A stretch of 64,000 bases of DNA from Anaerolineae bacterium (GTDB taxonomy: Bacteria; Chloroflexota; Anaerolineae; B4-G1; SLSP01), in contig JAXDDO010000024.1 of the NCBI GenBank assembly GCA_034676805.1, forward strand, positions 43,323-107,322, in the 5' to 3' direction. Positions 1 to 10,529 of the stretch are shown here, in pieces; positions within the stretch are counted from its first letter, which is position 1; every line of letters starts with the position of its first letter. The position numbers and the translations under genes are program-made. The notes under the pieces were generated by a model. It was not told where the DNA came from. It did not search any database and saw nothing but the letters and a program-made list of their open reading frames with translations.

Positions 1-1183
1 GCGGTCCCGTCGACCAACCCGTTGACCCACAATAGCCTACGATCTGTCCCTGAACCACCGGATCACCACAACTGACGGCGTAGGCGCTGAAGTGTGCATA
101 GTAAGTCTCGTAGCCGTTGCCGTGGCTCACGCGCACCAGGTTCCCATAGCCGCCATTCCAACCTGCCCAGACCACCACGCCAGAGTCCGCAGCATAGATG
201 GGATCGCCCAGACGACAACGGTAGTCGAGGCCGATATGTCGAGGATTGCGAGGATCTCCAAAGACCCATCCCGAAACGGCATACGACCCGGTCGGGAGAA
301 TGAACCACCCGTTCGCACCGTAGCCGGACACAGCCGTAGCGCCACAGTATCCCCAACTGGCCGAGGCGACGCCCACTCCAGGCGCTGTGGGGTCGGGCGG
401 CGGCGGATTCCATTCGACATCCTCGCCAATCCCACCCGGGATCACGAGCAGCGTGCCCTCGGCCAAGGGCTCGCCCACCATGATATCGTTCCAGATGTTG
501 TTGAGGTCATCTGCTGAAACCTCGTACAGCTCGGCGATGGACTCCACCGTCTCGCCAGCCATCACAGTATGGTAAGCGCCATCTGTCGGGGGAATGGCAA
601 GCGTCAGGCCAGGCTGAATCAGCCAGGGCGCGCCCTGTAGCGCTTCCATGTTGGACCACACGATGGTGTAAGGGGAGAGCTCAAACTTCTCGGCGATGAG
701 GTAGACCGAGTCGCCTTCCTGCACGGTGTAGGTGATCACCTCGAGGCGCTCGCGGTCAGGGATTGTCGTCAGCGGCATCGCCTGCCTGACGACGCCTCTG
801 GGCCGCTCAGGCTCATAGTAGAGGGGACCCCCGACGCCTTCCGTGGTCGGGGTAACGACCGGCTCCGCAGCCGCCGGTGCTAAAAGTGACCGGGGCGCAG
901 CCGAACCTACGACATCCTCGGGGCTGATCGCAATACGCCCGACGAAGCCGACTAGAAGTGCTAGAACGAGGATAGAGAAGTGAGCACTGTAGCGCCCAAC
1001 GAGAGCAGTAACAGCTTGGCGGTCAGCACCCCACCGCCACACTGCTGCTGAGGCTTGGGCAATAACCTTCTCGGCAATGCGGAGCCTTCCCCATCGTGGC
1101 AACTTCGTTGCGGAAGCTTCAGGGTCAGGCCCCACCACCGAGTCTGAGGAGTCTGCGTTTTCGCAGTTGTTTTCAGTTGTCAT
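1..1183 (-). CDS. LysM-domain M23 family metallopeptidase (C-terminus runs off the window start)
   Basis: The minus-strand translation has two LysM-like segments (YTVQEGDSVYLIAEKF; YHTVMAGETVESIAELY) followed by an M23 core (GLDYRCRLGDPIYAADSGVV, GNLVRVSHGNGYETYYAHFS). The ATG is at 1181-1183. The long upstream in-frame stretch is Ala/Pro rich. Confidence 0.75.
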   Translation of the reverse strand, partial: MTTENNCENADSSDSVVGPDPEASATKLPRWGRLRIAEKVIAQASAAVWRWGADRQAVTALVGRYSAHFSILVLALLVGFVGRIAISPEDVVGSAAPRSLLAPAAAEPVVTPTTEGVGGPLYYEPERPRGVVRQAMPLTTIPDRERLEVITYTVQEGDSVYLIAEKFELSPYTIVWSNMEALQGAPWLIQPGLTLAIPPTDGAYHTVMAGETVESIAELYEVSADDLNNIWNDIMVGEPLAEGTLLVIPGGIGEDVEWNPPPPDPTAPGVGVASASWGYCGATAVSGYGANGWFILPTGSYAVSGWVFGDPRNPRHIGLDYRCRLGDPIYAADSGVVVWAGWNGGYGNLVRVSHGNGYETYYAHFSAYAVSCGDPVVQGQIVGYCGSTGWSTGP

Positions 1184-1361
1184 AGTTCTGTCGGCAGGCT
1201 TTCAGGCACTAAGCCCGATGTCCGGATGAACCCAGCAGTATGGCAAGGGCCAATCCCGGGCAGTTCTGCCCGTCCAACTGTCCCCATTATAGCATACCCT
1301 GACAACACTGCAACCGCCCAACCTGACGATAGAATAACAGTATCGGTAGGCAGCGCACTTC

Positions 1362-1389
1362 TTGACAACGATCTTGGTCGTGCGATAAT
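1362..1389 (+). promoter_or_regulatory. sigma70-like promoter upstream of trxA (TTGACA, ~16-17 nt spacer, GATAAT)
   Basis: TTGACA at 1362-1367 and a TATAAT-like hexamer at about 1384-1389 were read directly. They lie in the divergent intergenic region about 130 nt upstream of trxA. Confidence 0.4.
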
Positions 1390-1519
1390 CGGGCCATCGA
1401 TGATGCGCACTCACTTATCTACTCATACTTGCGCCGGTACCTTCTGCTTCTGGGCCCCGGTTATGCATCTATCGTCATTTGGCCAGTTACCAAGCCGATT
1501 GGAGACAGGAGTGTGAATT

Positions 1520-1840
1520 ATGGGAAGCCTTCAGCAAGTCGACGAAAACAGTTTTCAAGAAGTCCTTGGCGGCAGCGAGATACCGGTGCTGGTGGATTTC
1601 TTCGCCGAATGGTGTCCTCCATGCCGCAAGCTTGGGCCAACACTGGAAGCCGTGGCCGAGGAGCTTGACGGGCGCATCACGATCGTCAAGGTCAACGTCG
1701 ATAGCTCGAGTCTGGCATCACAGTTCGGCGTGATGAACATACCGACGATGATTCTATTCAAGGACGGTCAGGAAGTCGCGCGGATGGTGGGGAACAAGTC
1801 CAAGCAGGCGCTGATTAAGGACCTGGATCCCTATCTCTGA
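1520..1840 (+). CDS. trxA: thioredoxin
   Basis: 106 aa with the WCPPC active-site motif (FFAEWCPPCRKLGP) and a typical Trx-fold length. Confidence 0.9.
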   Translation: MGSLQQVDENSFQEVLGGSEIPVLVDFFAEWCPPCRKLGPTLEAVAEELDGRITIVKVNVDSSSLASQFGVMNIPTMILFKDGQEVARMVGNKSKQALIKDLDPYL

Positions 1841-1927
1841 GAGCACCCAGCACCGTTACTGATTGCATCACGACTCCCGAACACCTACCGCGTTCGGGAG
1901 TCGTGTGTTCTGGCGATCGCGCCCTAC

Positions 1928-3481
1928 CTATGGCACCTCGTGTTCAGCCCACAGGTGGCGGATACCGTCGACCGTCAAGGTGTCCAGCGATAGCGATCCA
2001 TCTGCCATGGCCCGTTCGATGACGCGGAACCGCCTTACAAACCTCTGATTCGCCTCACGCAGGGCGCTCTCCGGGTCGATTTCGTTTTGCCGGGCCCAAT
2101 CCGCAAGCACCAGCAGCAGATCACCCAGGCGCGCGACGGCCTCCCGGGTCTCCATCAGCAAGCCATGCGATCCGACCGGTTCGCGAGGCCCGGATGGGTC
2201 ATGCATCCCAGATGGAGCGGGCGCATCCGTTCGAGCGACGGCGTCCCCCAGGGCCGCAATCAACCTATCGAGCAGCCTCGCGACGTCATCGGGAAGGTCG
2301 ACCCACACACCGCGCGTCTCGACCCCGCTGAACCCGATACGACCGGCGCGACTGACGTAGGCGGCCGCCTGTGCCAATGCAGGCAGCGTCGTCGGAATCC
2401 CATCCAGCAGCGAACGATCGGCGGCGCCCTTTGCCGCACGCTCGCGACGTTTGATCGCCTCCCAGTTGGTGACTACGTCGCCCACGCCGGCTACCGCCAC
2501 TTCGCCCCACACGTGGGGATGCCGGCGCTTCAGCTTGGAATCGATCTGGGCGATGACCTCGGTCATACGGAAATCATCGTCCTCAACGGCGATCTGAGCG
2601 TGGAGAACAACCTGCAGCAGCAAGTCGCCAAGCTCTTCACGGAGGCCATCCGGATCGTCGGCATCGATGGCCTCCAATACCTCATAGGCCTCTTCCAGCA
2701 GGTTTGTCCGCAGGCTCTGGTGCGTCTGCTCCCGGTCCCAGGGGCATCCCTCCGGCGAACGCAGGCGCGCGACCGTCTCCTGGAAACCCTCAAAGCTGGT
2801 GACTGCCGGCAGAGGTGCCACGTAGAGTGACGTGAGCGGGGTCGCTTCGTGCCGGTCGATCTCGTACAGCGGGATGTGCATGATGCGCTCGGACGCAGTC
2901 CCCGCCGCGTCGATCAGGGCCGTCGGATGCTCGTCTCCGTATTGGTTCATCAGGACCAACTTGAGATCTGAGGCGATCGCGCGACTGTAGACCTGGGCGA
3001 TCAGTGCCGGTGCATCTGGGTTGAGCGGCGGATGATGTAGCGCCAGCACATCCAGGGCATCGACCACCTGCAGCCCATCGAGCGCGTCGCGTTCCAGGAG
3101 TGTCAGAACCGGCTCGATGAAACTGAGCCCTGCAACGATGCGTACGGGCACGCTCTGGACCCGAGCCTGCTCCACGATCTGCAAGACCGTGGCCTCTCCG
3201 ACCATCGGATGCCCGGGCACTGCGTAAACGACGCCCTGTTCGCGCTGGCCCAGGGTTAGCACCTGCGCCGAAATCTCGGCGTAGACATCGGCAAAGCTGC
3301 CAGCTCGCTCGTACACATCGTCGAAGGAATGCACGCTCAAGCCCCCGGGCAACTCGGCCACAACAGGATGCCGGAGGGTCCGCAGCCATACCTCCTCTGC
3401 GGAGCACAGAACCTGCCATGCCGCACGCGTCAGATCATCCGCCGCGCCCGGCCCCAGGCCCACGATCGTGATACTCGCCAT
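1928..3481 (-). CDS. YabN-like fusion protein: N-terminal tetrapyrrole (SAM) methylase-like domain plus C-terminal MazG NTP pyrophosphohydrolase domain
   Basis: The N-terminus (SITIVGLGPGAADDLT) is methylase-like. The C-terminal half carries the MazG EEAYE...DELGDLLLQV-type helix (EEAYEVLEAIDADDPDGLREELGDLLLQVV). Length is 517 aa. Confidence 0.75.
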   Translation of the reverse strand: MASITIVGLGPGAADDLTRAAWQVLCSAEEVWLRTLRHPVVAELPGGLSVHSFDDVYERAGSFADVYAEISAQVLTLGQREQGVVYAVPGHPMVGEATVLQIVEQARVQSVPVRIVAGLSFIEPVLTLLERDALDGLQVVDALDVLALHHPPLNPDAPALIAQVYSRAIASDLKLVLMNQYGDEHPTALIDAAGTASERIMHIPLYEIDRHEATPLTSLYVAPLPAVTSFEGFQETVARLRSPEGCPWDREQTHQSLRTNLLEEAYEVLEAIDADDPDGLREELGDLLLQVVLHAQIAVEDDDFRMTEVIAQIDSKLKRRHPHVWGEVAVAGVGDVVTNWEAIKRRERAAKGAADRSLLDGIPTTLPALAQAAAYVSRAGRIGFSGVETRGVWVDLPDDVARLLDRLIAALGDAVARTDAPAPSGMHDPSGPREPVGSHGLLMETREAVARLGDLLLVLADWARQNEIDPESALREANQRFVRRFRVIERAMADGSLSLDTLTVDGIRHLWAEHEVP

Positions 3482-3540
3482 ATCAACTCCCCTTCACCGG
3501 TCTTTCGTGGCTGGCGTGCCGCGAAGGCAGGCCTCACCAA

Positions 3541-3575
3541 CGAAAAGGGTAGGCAGGTACAATCCCTGCCTACCC
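3541..3575 (-). terminator. intrinsic terminator downstream of rpsI
   Basis: An 11-bp perfect stem (GGGTAGGCAGG / CCTGCCTACCC, 3547-3575) is followed on the minus strand by TTTTCG. Confidence 0.55.
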
Positions 3576-3656
3576 TGATACACTGACCAAAGCGCTCGAA
3601 ACGCTGTCACCCATTACCTGCCACGGAAGCAGCCTGTGTGACGCGCCACCAGGCGC

Positions 3657-4043
3657 CTAACGCTTGGTGTACTGAGGTGCCTTGCGAGCGCGCTTGAGAC
3701 CTGGCTTCTTCCGCTCCTTCTCGCGAGCATCACGGCTCAGCATACCGGCCTTACGCAGAGCCGGGCGGAAATCTGGGTTCACCTCCAGCAACGCGCGGGA
3801 GATCCCCATCTGGATCGCCTCTGACTGCCCGGTGATGCCCCCACCGCTAACCGTGACGGTCACGTCGAACCGGCTCTCGTTCTGGGTCAACACCAGCGGC
3901 TGCGACACGTTCCGCCAGTCGTCCTCACGCCCGAAGTACTCGCGATAAGGCTTCCCATTGACCACGACCTGGCCGCTCCCGCCAGGATGCAAGCGAACCC
4001 GTGCTGTCGATGTCTTGCGACGTCCCAATCCTTCGTAGTACAT
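3657..4043 (-). CDS. rpsI: 30S ribosomal protein S9
   Basis: 128 aa ending in the conserved ...KAPQYTKR tail, with the GGGITGQ motif. Confidence 0.95.
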   Translation of the reverse strand: MYYEGLGRRKTSTARVRLHPGGSGQVVVNGKPYREYFGREDDWRNVSQPLVLTQNESRFDVTVTVSGGGITGQSEAIQMGISRALLEVNPDFRPALRKAGMLSRDAREKERKKPGLKRARKAPQYTKR

Positions 4044-4053
4044 TCACATCTCC

Positions 4054-4500
4054 TTAGAGCTCTAGCGGCTGGGGCTGCTGTGCCCCATGGGGATGCTCAG
4101 GCCCCGCGTAGATCCGCAGCTTCTTCAACTGGCGACGTCCCAGCGGGCCGCGAGGCAGCATACCCTTGACGGCATGCTGGATCACGCGATCCGGATGCAG
4201 CTCAAGCTGGCGACGCAGCGGGATCCCCCGAATGCCCCCGGGATACCCGGTATGCCAGTAGTACATCTTCTGATCCAGCTTGCGGCCGGTCACCCGTACC
4301 TTCTCGGCATTGATAACGACCACGAAATCGCCGACATCCTCGTGCGGGGTGTAGGACGGCTTGTGCTTCCCCCTCAGGATGCTGGCAATTCGCGTCGCCA
4401 ACCGGCCGAGGGTCTGGTCCGTCGCATCTACCACGTACCACGCCCGCTCGATCTCGCCGGGCTTGGCGACGTATGTTTTGTGCGTTCTGATGTTCTTCAC
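4054..4500 (-). CDS. rplM: 50S ribosomal protein L13
   Basis: 148 aa with an N-terminus ([19 protein letters not shown]) typical of L13. It sits immediately upstream of rpsI. Confidence 0.95.
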   Translation of the reverse strand: MKNIRTHKTYVAKPGEIERAWYVVDATDQTLGRLATRIASILRGKHKPSYTPHEDVGDFVVVINAEKVRVTGRKLDQKMYYWHTGYPGGIRGIPLRRQLELHPDRVIQHAVKGMLPRGPLGRRQLKKLRIYAGPEHPHGAQQPQPLEL

Positions 4501-4537
4501 TTTTTACAGACTCCCTATCTGAGAATAAGCGCGGTCG

Positions 4538-5287
4538 TCAAACCTCATAGAGAACAGATTTCAGGCAAAGGCCCTGTGCGACCACCGCCGGCCCGGCTGT
4601 CTCGCGATTCCGCGTTTCAAGGATCTCAGCGAACTCCTCCGGCGTCAACGCTCCACGTCCCACCCGGAGCAACGTGCCCACCAGAATCCTCACCATACGA
4701 TACAGAAAGGCATTGGCCGCGATATCGAAATACAGCCACGGCTCTTGCGATGTCCATTCCGCCCGGAATACCTCGCGAACTGCGTTCTCACCTTGAGGGG
4801 GCGAACCAAAAGCCCGGAAGTCGTGCGTTCCCACCAGGCACTGCGTCGCCCTCGCCATCGCCTCCAGATCCAACCGGTCGCCCACATGTAGGCTGTAACG
4901 CACCCACAAAGGATGCTGTACCGCGCCCCGGTAGATCGTGTAGCGGTAGGTACGGCGCACCGCGTCAAAGCGCGGATGAAAACCGCCCGCTACTTCAGCC
5001 AAGTCAAAGATCGCAATCTGTTCCGGCAGCAGCGCGTTCATCGCGCGCTGGAGTTCGGGGATGGAATGCCGCCACTGCGTCTCAAACGCGATGACCTGTC
5101 CTTCCGCGTGAACTCCGGCATCGGTCCGCCCTGCCGCCAAAATCCGGGTGAAATCCCCGGTCAGCTGCTCCAACACCTGTTCGATCTCGGCCTGGATCGT
5201 GGGTGCGTTTTCCTGAATCTGGAACCCCCCGTATCCGGTGCCGTCATACCCTACGATCGCCCTGATCCGCACGCTAGATCGCCCCAA
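4538..5287 (-). CDS. truA: tRNA pseudouridine(38-40) synthase
   Basis: 249 aa with the N-terminal IAYDGTGYGGFQIQ motif characteristic of TruA. Confidence 0.85.
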   Translation of the reverse strand: MGRSSVRIRAIVGYDGTGYGGFQIQENAPTIQAEIEQVLEQLTGDFTRILAAGRTDAGVHAEGQVIAFETQWRHSIPELQRAMNALLPEQIAIFDLAEVAGGFHPRFDAVRRTYRYTIYRGAVQHPLWVRYSLHVGDRLDLEAMARATQCLVGTHDFRAFGSPPQGENAVREVFRAEWTSQEPWLYFDIAANAFLYRMVRILVGTLLRVGRGALTPEEFAEILETRNRETAGPAVVAQGLCLKSVLYEV

Positions 5288-5329
5288 CCACTTTCACCGG
5301 GCCATGGACCGCGGATCCCGTGCGAGAGC

Positions 5330-5725
5330 TTACGCTTCCTCCACCAACTCCAAGACCACCATCTCGGCCGAGTCCCCCTTGCGCGGCCCGAGCCGCAGCA
5401 TACGCGTGTAGCCTCCGGGGCGGTCCGCGAACCGTGGTGCAACCTCATCAAAGAGCTTCTGGACGACCTTTGGGTCGTTCAAACGAGCCGCAGCCAGACG
5501 ACGTGCAAACACGCCGCGCGACGGCTCGGTCTCTGCGGCCACCAGGCCGCGCTTTGCCATTGTGATCAACTTCTCGGCCTGACCACGGATCGCCTGCGCC
5601 TTGGCCCGGGTCGTGCTGATCCGACCATGGCGGATCAGTTCGGTAACCAGGTTGCGACGCAGGGCCGTCCGATGACCTGTTGATCGATTCAGTTTCTTGC
5701 CCGCGACCTTATGTCGCATCCCCAT
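5330..5725 (-). CDS. rplQ: 50S ribosomal protein L17
   Basis: 131 aa starting MRHKVAGKKLNRSTGHRTALRRNL, as in L17. It follows rpoA. Confidence 0.95.
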   Translation of the reverse strand: MGMRHKVAGKKLNRSTGHRTALRRNLVTELIRHGRISTTRAKAQAIRGQAEKLITMAKRGLVAAETEPSRGVFARRLAAARLNDPKVVQKLFDEVAPRFADRPGGYTRMLRLGPRKGDSAEMVVLELVEEA

Positions 5726-5791
5726 CCTCCTGTGTACATGAGTCCAAGGTAAGTTCGTCGCGCTGACGCCGCTTCCGCAAGACCGCCGCGC

Positions 5792-6751
5792 CTAGACTTC
5801 CTCTTCCTGATCTTCCTGCGACCAGAAGCCCTTGGCCTCGAGCTGCTCCAGCAACTCTGTAAGCGATTTCTCACCGAAGTTGCGAATCGCCAGCAGGGCA
5901 TCAGTGCCCCGCGTGATCATCTCCAGCACCTCTCCGACGTTGGAGATCCCGGTCCGCTTGAGCGCATTGTAGACGCGCACCCCAAGACCGAGATCCTCGA
6001 TCGGCGTAGCGTAGGCCTGATGCGGAATCTCGTCTTCCTGCTCCGACACCACAGCTTCCGCTTCCTCTTCCAGCTCTGCACCGGCAATCAGCCGGAGATG
6101 CGTCACCAGGATGCGGGCCGATTCCTTCAGAGCGTCCAGCGGCGCCATGCGCCCATCGCTCCAGACCTCCATCGTCAGGCGGTCGTAGTTGGTCAGTTGT
6201 CCAACCCGGGCCTGATCGACCCGAAAGTTGGCCCTGCGGATTGGGCTGAAGATCGCGTCGACGGGCAACACACCGATCGGCATCCGGCCCCGCTCTTCAG
6301 CAGGCAAGTACCCCCGGCCCCTCTCAACGGTGAACTCCAGATCGAGATGCGTGTCGTCGGAGTCCACAGTGAACAGGTACAGCTCCGGGTTGAGGACCTC
6401 GATCTCGGGCGGGGCGATGATATCCCCCGCGGTGACGACCCCTTCACCCTCGATGCGCAACGTCATATACTGCGGTCCCTCGCCTTCCATCGATACCCGA
6501 ACTTGCTTGAGCCGCAGAACAACCTGAACCACATCCTCCCGAACACCAGGGATCGTGGTGAATTCGTGCGCGATATCTGTGATGCGCACGGCTGTAATCG
6601 CTGCCCCCTCCAGAGAGGACAGCAGCACTCGGCGCAGGGAATTCCCCAGCGTCACACCATAGCCGCTCTCCAACGGGCCGATGATGTATCGGCCGTACTG
6701 TTCGGCATTGACATCGACTTCTACCTTGGGTAGAACTGGCGCTGCTAACAC
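5792..6751 (-). CDS. rpoA: DNA-directed RNA polymerase subunit alpha
   Basis: 319 aa with the N-terminal dimerisation domain and a C-terminal CTD (NALKRTGISNVGEVL). It sits in the canonical position between rpsD and rplQ. Confidence 0.95.
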   Translation of the reverse strand: MLAAPVLPKVEVDVNAEQYGRYIIGPLESGYGVTLGNSLRRVLLSSLEGAAITAVRITDIAHEFTTIPGVREDVVQVVLRLKQVRVSMEGEGPQYMTLRIEGEGVVTAGDIIAPPEIEVLNPELYLFTVDSDDTHLDLEFTVERGRGYLPAEERGRMPIGVLPVDAIFSPIRRANFRVDQARVGQLTNYDRLTMEVWSDGRMAPLDALKESARILVTHLRLIAGAELEEEAEAVVSEQEDEIPHQAYATPIEDLGLGVRVYNALKRTGISNVGEVLEMITRGTDALLAIRNFGEKSLTELLEQLEAKGFWSQEDQEEEV

Positions 6752-6779
6752 GTTGCCTCCTGTCTGCTCCGGCTGTCAA

Positions 6780-6808
6780 CCACTCCCCTGGGCCACCCAG
6801 GGGAGTGG
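6780..6808 (-). promoter_or_regulatory. stable 13-bp hairpin in the rpsD-rpoA intergenic spacer
   Basis: CCACTCCCCTGGG cca CCCAGGGGAGTGG at 6780-6808. There is no T tract on either strand. Confidence 0.35.
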
Positions 6809-6817
6809 CTGTGAGCA

Positions 6818-7456
6818 TTAGCGCGAGTAGAACTCCACAATCATCTGCTCGTCGACGGGAACGTCAATCTCTTGACGAGTCGGCAATGCCAGTATGCGCC
6901 CCGCCAGGTTGTCCTCATTGAGGCTTAGCCACGCAGGCACCTCACGCTGCCCCAGCAACTCGCGACGATCGCGGAAATAGCGTTTGTGAAGGCTCTCCGG
7001 ACGGACATTGATGAGATCGTTGGCTTTGACCAAGTAGGAGGGCACGTTAGTCATGCGTCCGTTGACCAAGAAGTGACCGTGCTGCACGAGTTGTCGTGCC
7101 TGGGCGCGGGAATCCGCCAGCCCCAGCCGGTACACCACGTTGTCCAGGCGTCGCTCCAGAAGGATCACCAAGTTCTGGCCGGTGAGGCCTTCAAGGCGCT
7201 CGGCGCTGTCCATATAACGACGGAACTGAGCCTCTAGCACGCCATAGATTCGCCGCGTCTGCTGCTTCGCACGCAGTTGCAGCGTGTAGTCCGAAGCCCG
7301 ACGCCGTTGAAAGGAAGCCTGCTTGCCGTGCTCGCCCGGCGGATAAGAACGTCGTTCGAAAGGACACTTGTCCGTGTAGCACTTCTCGCCCTTGAGGAAC
7401 AACTTCATTCCCTCGCGTCGACAAAGCTTGCACACAGGACCTGTATATCTTGCCAT
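6818..7456 (-). CDS. rpsD: 30S ribosomal protein S4
   Basis: Start chosen at the ATG at 7454-7456, which gives [16 protein letters not shown], preceded by GGAGG. The longer ORF to 7591 adds a non-conserved extension that overlaps rpsK. Confidence 0.9.
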   Translation of the reverse strand: MARYTGPVCKLCRREGMKLFLKGEKCYTDKCPFERRSYPPGEHGKQASFQRRRASDYTLQLRAKQQTRRIYGVLEAQFRRYMDSAERLEGLTGQNLVILLERRLDNVVYRLGLADSRAQARQLVQHGHFLVNGRMTNVPSYLVKANDLINVRPESLHKRYFRDRRELLGQREVPAWLSLNEDNLAGRILALPTRQEIDVPVDEQMIVEFYSR

Positions 7457-7478
7457 ACTCTCTCCTACTCCTCCACAC

Positions 7479-7898
7479 CTAGATGCGCCGACGTTTGGGC
7501 GGGCGGCAGCCGTTGTGCGGAATGGGCGTCGCATCGACGATGGACCGCACCCGCAGGCCAACCGCGGCAATCGCGCGGAGCGACGCTTCACGACCGGGAC
7601 CGGCGCCTGTTACGAAGACATCCACTTCTCGCATCCCATCGTTGTTCATCGCGTCCTGAGCCGCTCGCTCCGCTGCGATCCGAGCAGCAAACGGCGTGCT
7701 CTTGCGCGTGCCACGGAACCCCACTCCTGCCGGCGTCATCCACCGCAGGACGTTGCCATCCGGATCGGTCACCGTGATGATGGTGTTATTGAACGAAGTG
7801 TTGATGTGAATGCACCCGCGCGGCACATTGCGCCGTACACGACGCGGTGCGCTTCCTCGTCCGCCGCGCCGTGGCTGTTGAGTCGTGCGTTTAGCCAT
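7479..7898 (-). CDS. rpsK: 30S ribosomal protein S11
   Basis: 139 aa with the conserved [15 protein letters not shown] block. Confidence 0.95.
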   Translation of the reverse strand: MAKRTTQQPRRGGRGSAPRRVRRNVPRGCIHINTSFNNTIITVTDPDGNVLRWMTPAGVGFRGTRKSTPFAARIAAERAAQDAMNNDGMREVDVFVTGAGPGREASLRAIAAVGLRVRSIVDATPIPHNGCRPPKRRRI

Positions 7899-7936
7899 TG
7901 AACCTCCTCATACCCTCACGAATTGGGCTAACCCGA

Positions 7937-8326
7937 TTACTTCTTCTTGGAACCACGCCGCCGGCCGCGCCCGGGGACCGTCCTCTTTGGCCCACGCTTG
8001 GTGCGCGCGTTCGTTCGCGTCCGCTGCCCCCGCACCGGCAGGTTCCGCCGGTGGCGCAGTCCACGATAGGACCCAATCTCGATGAGGCGCTTGATGTTCA
8101 TCTGGACTTCACGGCGCAGATCACCCTCGACCATGTACTGTCGTTCGACGATGTCGCGAATCGAGCTGACCTCCGCCTCCGTGAGGTCCTCGTCACGCTT
8201 GTCGGGATCGACCCCAGCTCTGGCCAGGATATCGTTGCTCCTCTTACGGCCAACGCCGTAGATGTAGGTCAGGGCTACTTCAATGCGCTTGTTTCGCGGC
8301 AGGTCTACGCCCGCAATACGAACCAT
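7937..8326 (-). CDS. rpsM: 30S ribosomal protein S13
   Basis: 129 aa starting [26 protein letters not shown]. Confidence 0.95.
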   Translation of the reverse strand: MVRIAGVDLPRNKRIEVALTYIYGVGRKRSNDILARAGVDPDKRDEDLTEAEVSSIRDIVERQYMVEGDLRREVQMNIKRLIEIGSYRGLRHRRNLPVRGQRTRTNARTKRGPKRTVPGRGRRRGSKKK

Positions 8327-8367
8327 GCTTTACCAACCTCCTCTAAACTCCGTCACTGACAGCAACC

Positions 8368-8481
8368 TTACCCCTGGCGCTGCTTGTGCCTTGGATTGTC
8401 ACAGATCACGCGCACGACGCCCCGGCGCCGTACGATCTTGCATTTCGGACAACGCCGCTTAACCGATGGTGTCACTTTCAT
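8368..8481 (-). CDS. rpmJ: 50S ribosomal protein L36 (zinc-ribbon type)
   Basis: 37 aa, [37 protein letters not shown], with a C-x2-C-x12-C-x4-H motif. The longer ORF to 8583 has a non-conserved N-terminal extension. Confidence 0.9.
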   Translation of the reverse strand: MKVTPSVKRRCPKCKIVRRRGVVRVICDNPRHKQRQG

Positions 8482-8640
8482 GCCTACAGCTCCTTTTCTC
8501 TCGGATACCCGCACCATCCGGTGCAGGACTCCGGTTACCACTCGGCTTTCCTCAACTGCTTGCGGAAGCCCCTCCGCACGCAACGCAGTCGTTCATTATA
8601 CCACATTCGCGACCCGCCGTCCGGGCGCCCACCTACCGCT

Positions 8641-9954
8641 CTAGCGCAGGAAGCCCTCATAGTTGCGCATCAGTAGCTGAGACTCGAGCTGCCTTACCGT
8701 ATCCATCACCGTGCCAACCACAATCAGCAGGCCCGAGCTCTGGATGAGCATCTGATTGGACTCCATGAACAGCCCCACGATATAGGGCAGCACCGCGACG
8801 ATACCCAGGAACAAGGCTCCGACCAGCGTGATTCGCTTGTAGATACCCAGGATGAACGATTCGGTGTTCTTCCCCGGCCGAACACCCGGGATGAACCCGC
8901 CCTGCTTCTGAAGCATTTCCGGAAGTTTCTGCTGTTCCACCATCACGAAGGTGTAGAAGTAGGTGAACCCCACAACTGCCAGAAAGTAGACCGGCGCATA
9001 CCACGGACTCTGGCCGCCGAAGAAACCGACAAACCCTTCTGAGATTCTCCGCACGCTCGGATTCGTGCTGTTCAAGAAGAACTGCGCGATCACGGCCGGG
9101 AAAGCCAGAATCGACTGCGCGAAGATCAACGGAATCATGCCAGCCGTGTTGATCTTGAGCGGGATATACGTACTCCCGCCTCCGTAGACCTTCATGCCAC
9201 GTACCCGCTTGCCGTACTGCACTCTGATGCGGCGCTCGCCATCTTGCACAAACACGATGAAAAGGACGGTCAAGACCGTGATGATCAGGAAGATCACCAC
9301 GCCCAGAAACCGGTCGGTGTCCCAGATGCTGCGCAAGTTCGCCGGTACGCGCGAGACGATGCCGCCGAAGATGATCAGCGAAAGGCCGTTCCCGATCCCT
9401 TGCTCGGTGATCAACTCGCCCAACCAGACAGCAAACATCGTGCCGGCCGTCATCGTCAACATCATCGCGATGGTCGGCAGAGTCCTACCCGGTCCCCAGC
9501 CAAAGTTGGGCAGGATCGGCCGGGTGCCAACCGCGGCAGAGCGGAACAACTGGGCCTGCCCGAAGGCGGACAACAGTGCCAGAGGCACAGTGAGATAGAA
9601 GACCCACTGGTTCATCTTGCGCTGCCCCTGGTCGCCCTCCTCCTGGATACGCTGCTCCAGCTTCGGGAAGATCGGCAGCAAAAGCTGTAGGACGATCTGG
9701 GCCGTGACGTAAGGATAGACTCCTGCTGCCAGCACCGAGAAGTTCGACACGGCGCCGCCTGACAGCAGGTCCAGCAGCCCCGCCAACTGGCTGGTCGCCG
9801 TCGCAGAGCTGAAGAATGCATTCAACGCCTGGCGATCCACGCCCGGCACCGGGATGTTCGACGCCATCCTGAAGATAACCAGAATCAGGATCGTGTACAA
9901 CATCCGCCGGCGCAGATCCGGCAGTTTGAAAGCATTGCGCAGGGCCTCAATCAT
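8641..9954 (-). CDS. secY: preprotein translocase subunit SecY
   Basis: 437 aa with 10 predicted TM segments. It sits in the canonical position after rplO. Confidence 0.95.
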   Translation of the reverse strand: MIEALRNAFKLPDLRRRMLYTILILVIFRMASNIPVPGVDRQALNAFFSSATATSQLAGLLDLLSGGAVSNFSVLAAGVYPYVTAQIVLQLLLPIFPKLEQRIQEEGDQGQRKMNQWVFYLTVPLALLSAFGQAQLFRSAAVGTRPILPNFGWGPGRTLPTIAMMLTMTAGTMFAVWLGELITEQGIGNGLSLIIFGGIVSRVPANLRSIWDTDRFLGVVIFLIITVLTVLFIVFVQDGERRIRVQYGKRVRGMKVYGGGSTYIPLKINTAGMIPLIFAQSILAFPAVIAQFFLNSTNPSVRRISEGFVGFFGGQSPWYAPVYFLAVVGFTYFYTFVMVEQQKLPEMLQKQGGFIPGVRPGKNTESFILGIYKRITLVGALFLGIVAVLPYIVGLFMESNQMLIQSSGLLIVVGTVMDTVRQLESQLLMRNYEGFLR

Positions 9955-10034
9955 CGCTTGCCTCCATTAAGTCCGGGACTGGTCCCAAGAATCCGGGATT
10001 GGGTCCCAAGATAGGTACCTGGCAGATGTTCTCC

Positions 10035-10517
10035 CTAGCGTGTCCGGTAACCGCCCCGCGTCCAGGGCAGCAACTCCACCGAACCGCCGGCGGCTTCGAT
10101 CTTCGCCTGTGCCGATTTCGACACGCGATGAACTTTCACGTGCAGCGCGCGATCCAGCTCTCCACGACCGAGCACCGCAACCAGATCCTCGGGGTCTCCC
10201 AGAAGCCCCGCATCGACCAGGGCTGTCGGCGAGACCTCGTCACCCGGCTCAAAGCGCGCAGCAAGCTCGTCGACATTCACCGGCTCGAACTCAACCTTGT
10301 AGGGGTTGAAGAACTTGTAGCCGCGAACGAAGGGCAGCTTGCGAACCAGGGGCAACTGACCGCCTTCGAAGTAAGCCGGGATGCTGCTACCGGCGCGTGA
10401 CTTCTGGCCTTTGGTTCCCCTGCCCGCGGTCTTGCCCTGTCCGGCAGCGATACCGCGCCCGACCCGCTTGCGGCTCTTCTTGGCACCCTCTGCGGGCTGC
10501 AGATCATGCAACTTCAT
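10035..10517 (-). CDS. rplO: 50S ribosomal protein L15
   Basis: 160 aa starting MKLHDLQPAEGAKKSRKRVGRGIAAGQGKTAGRG. Confidence 0.95.
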   Translation of the reverse strand: MKLHDLQPAEGAKKSRKRVGRGIAAGQGKTAGRGTKGQKSRAGSSIPAYFEGGQLPLVRKLPFVRGYKFFNPYKVEFEPVNVDELAARFEPGDEVSPTALVDAGLLGDPEDLVAVLGRGELDRALHVKVHRVSKSAQAKIEAAGGSVELLPWTRGGYRTR

Positions 10518-10529
10518 CCGAACCTCCCC

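Noticed and set aside
6818-7591. Extended N-termini of the S4 (to 7591), S5 (to 11578), S3 (to 16189), L36 (to 8583) and membrane hydrolase (to 30884) ORFs
   Set aside because: The conserved N-termini begin at internal ATG/TTG codons with good Shine-Dalgarno sequences. The extensions overlap upstream genes and are not conserved.
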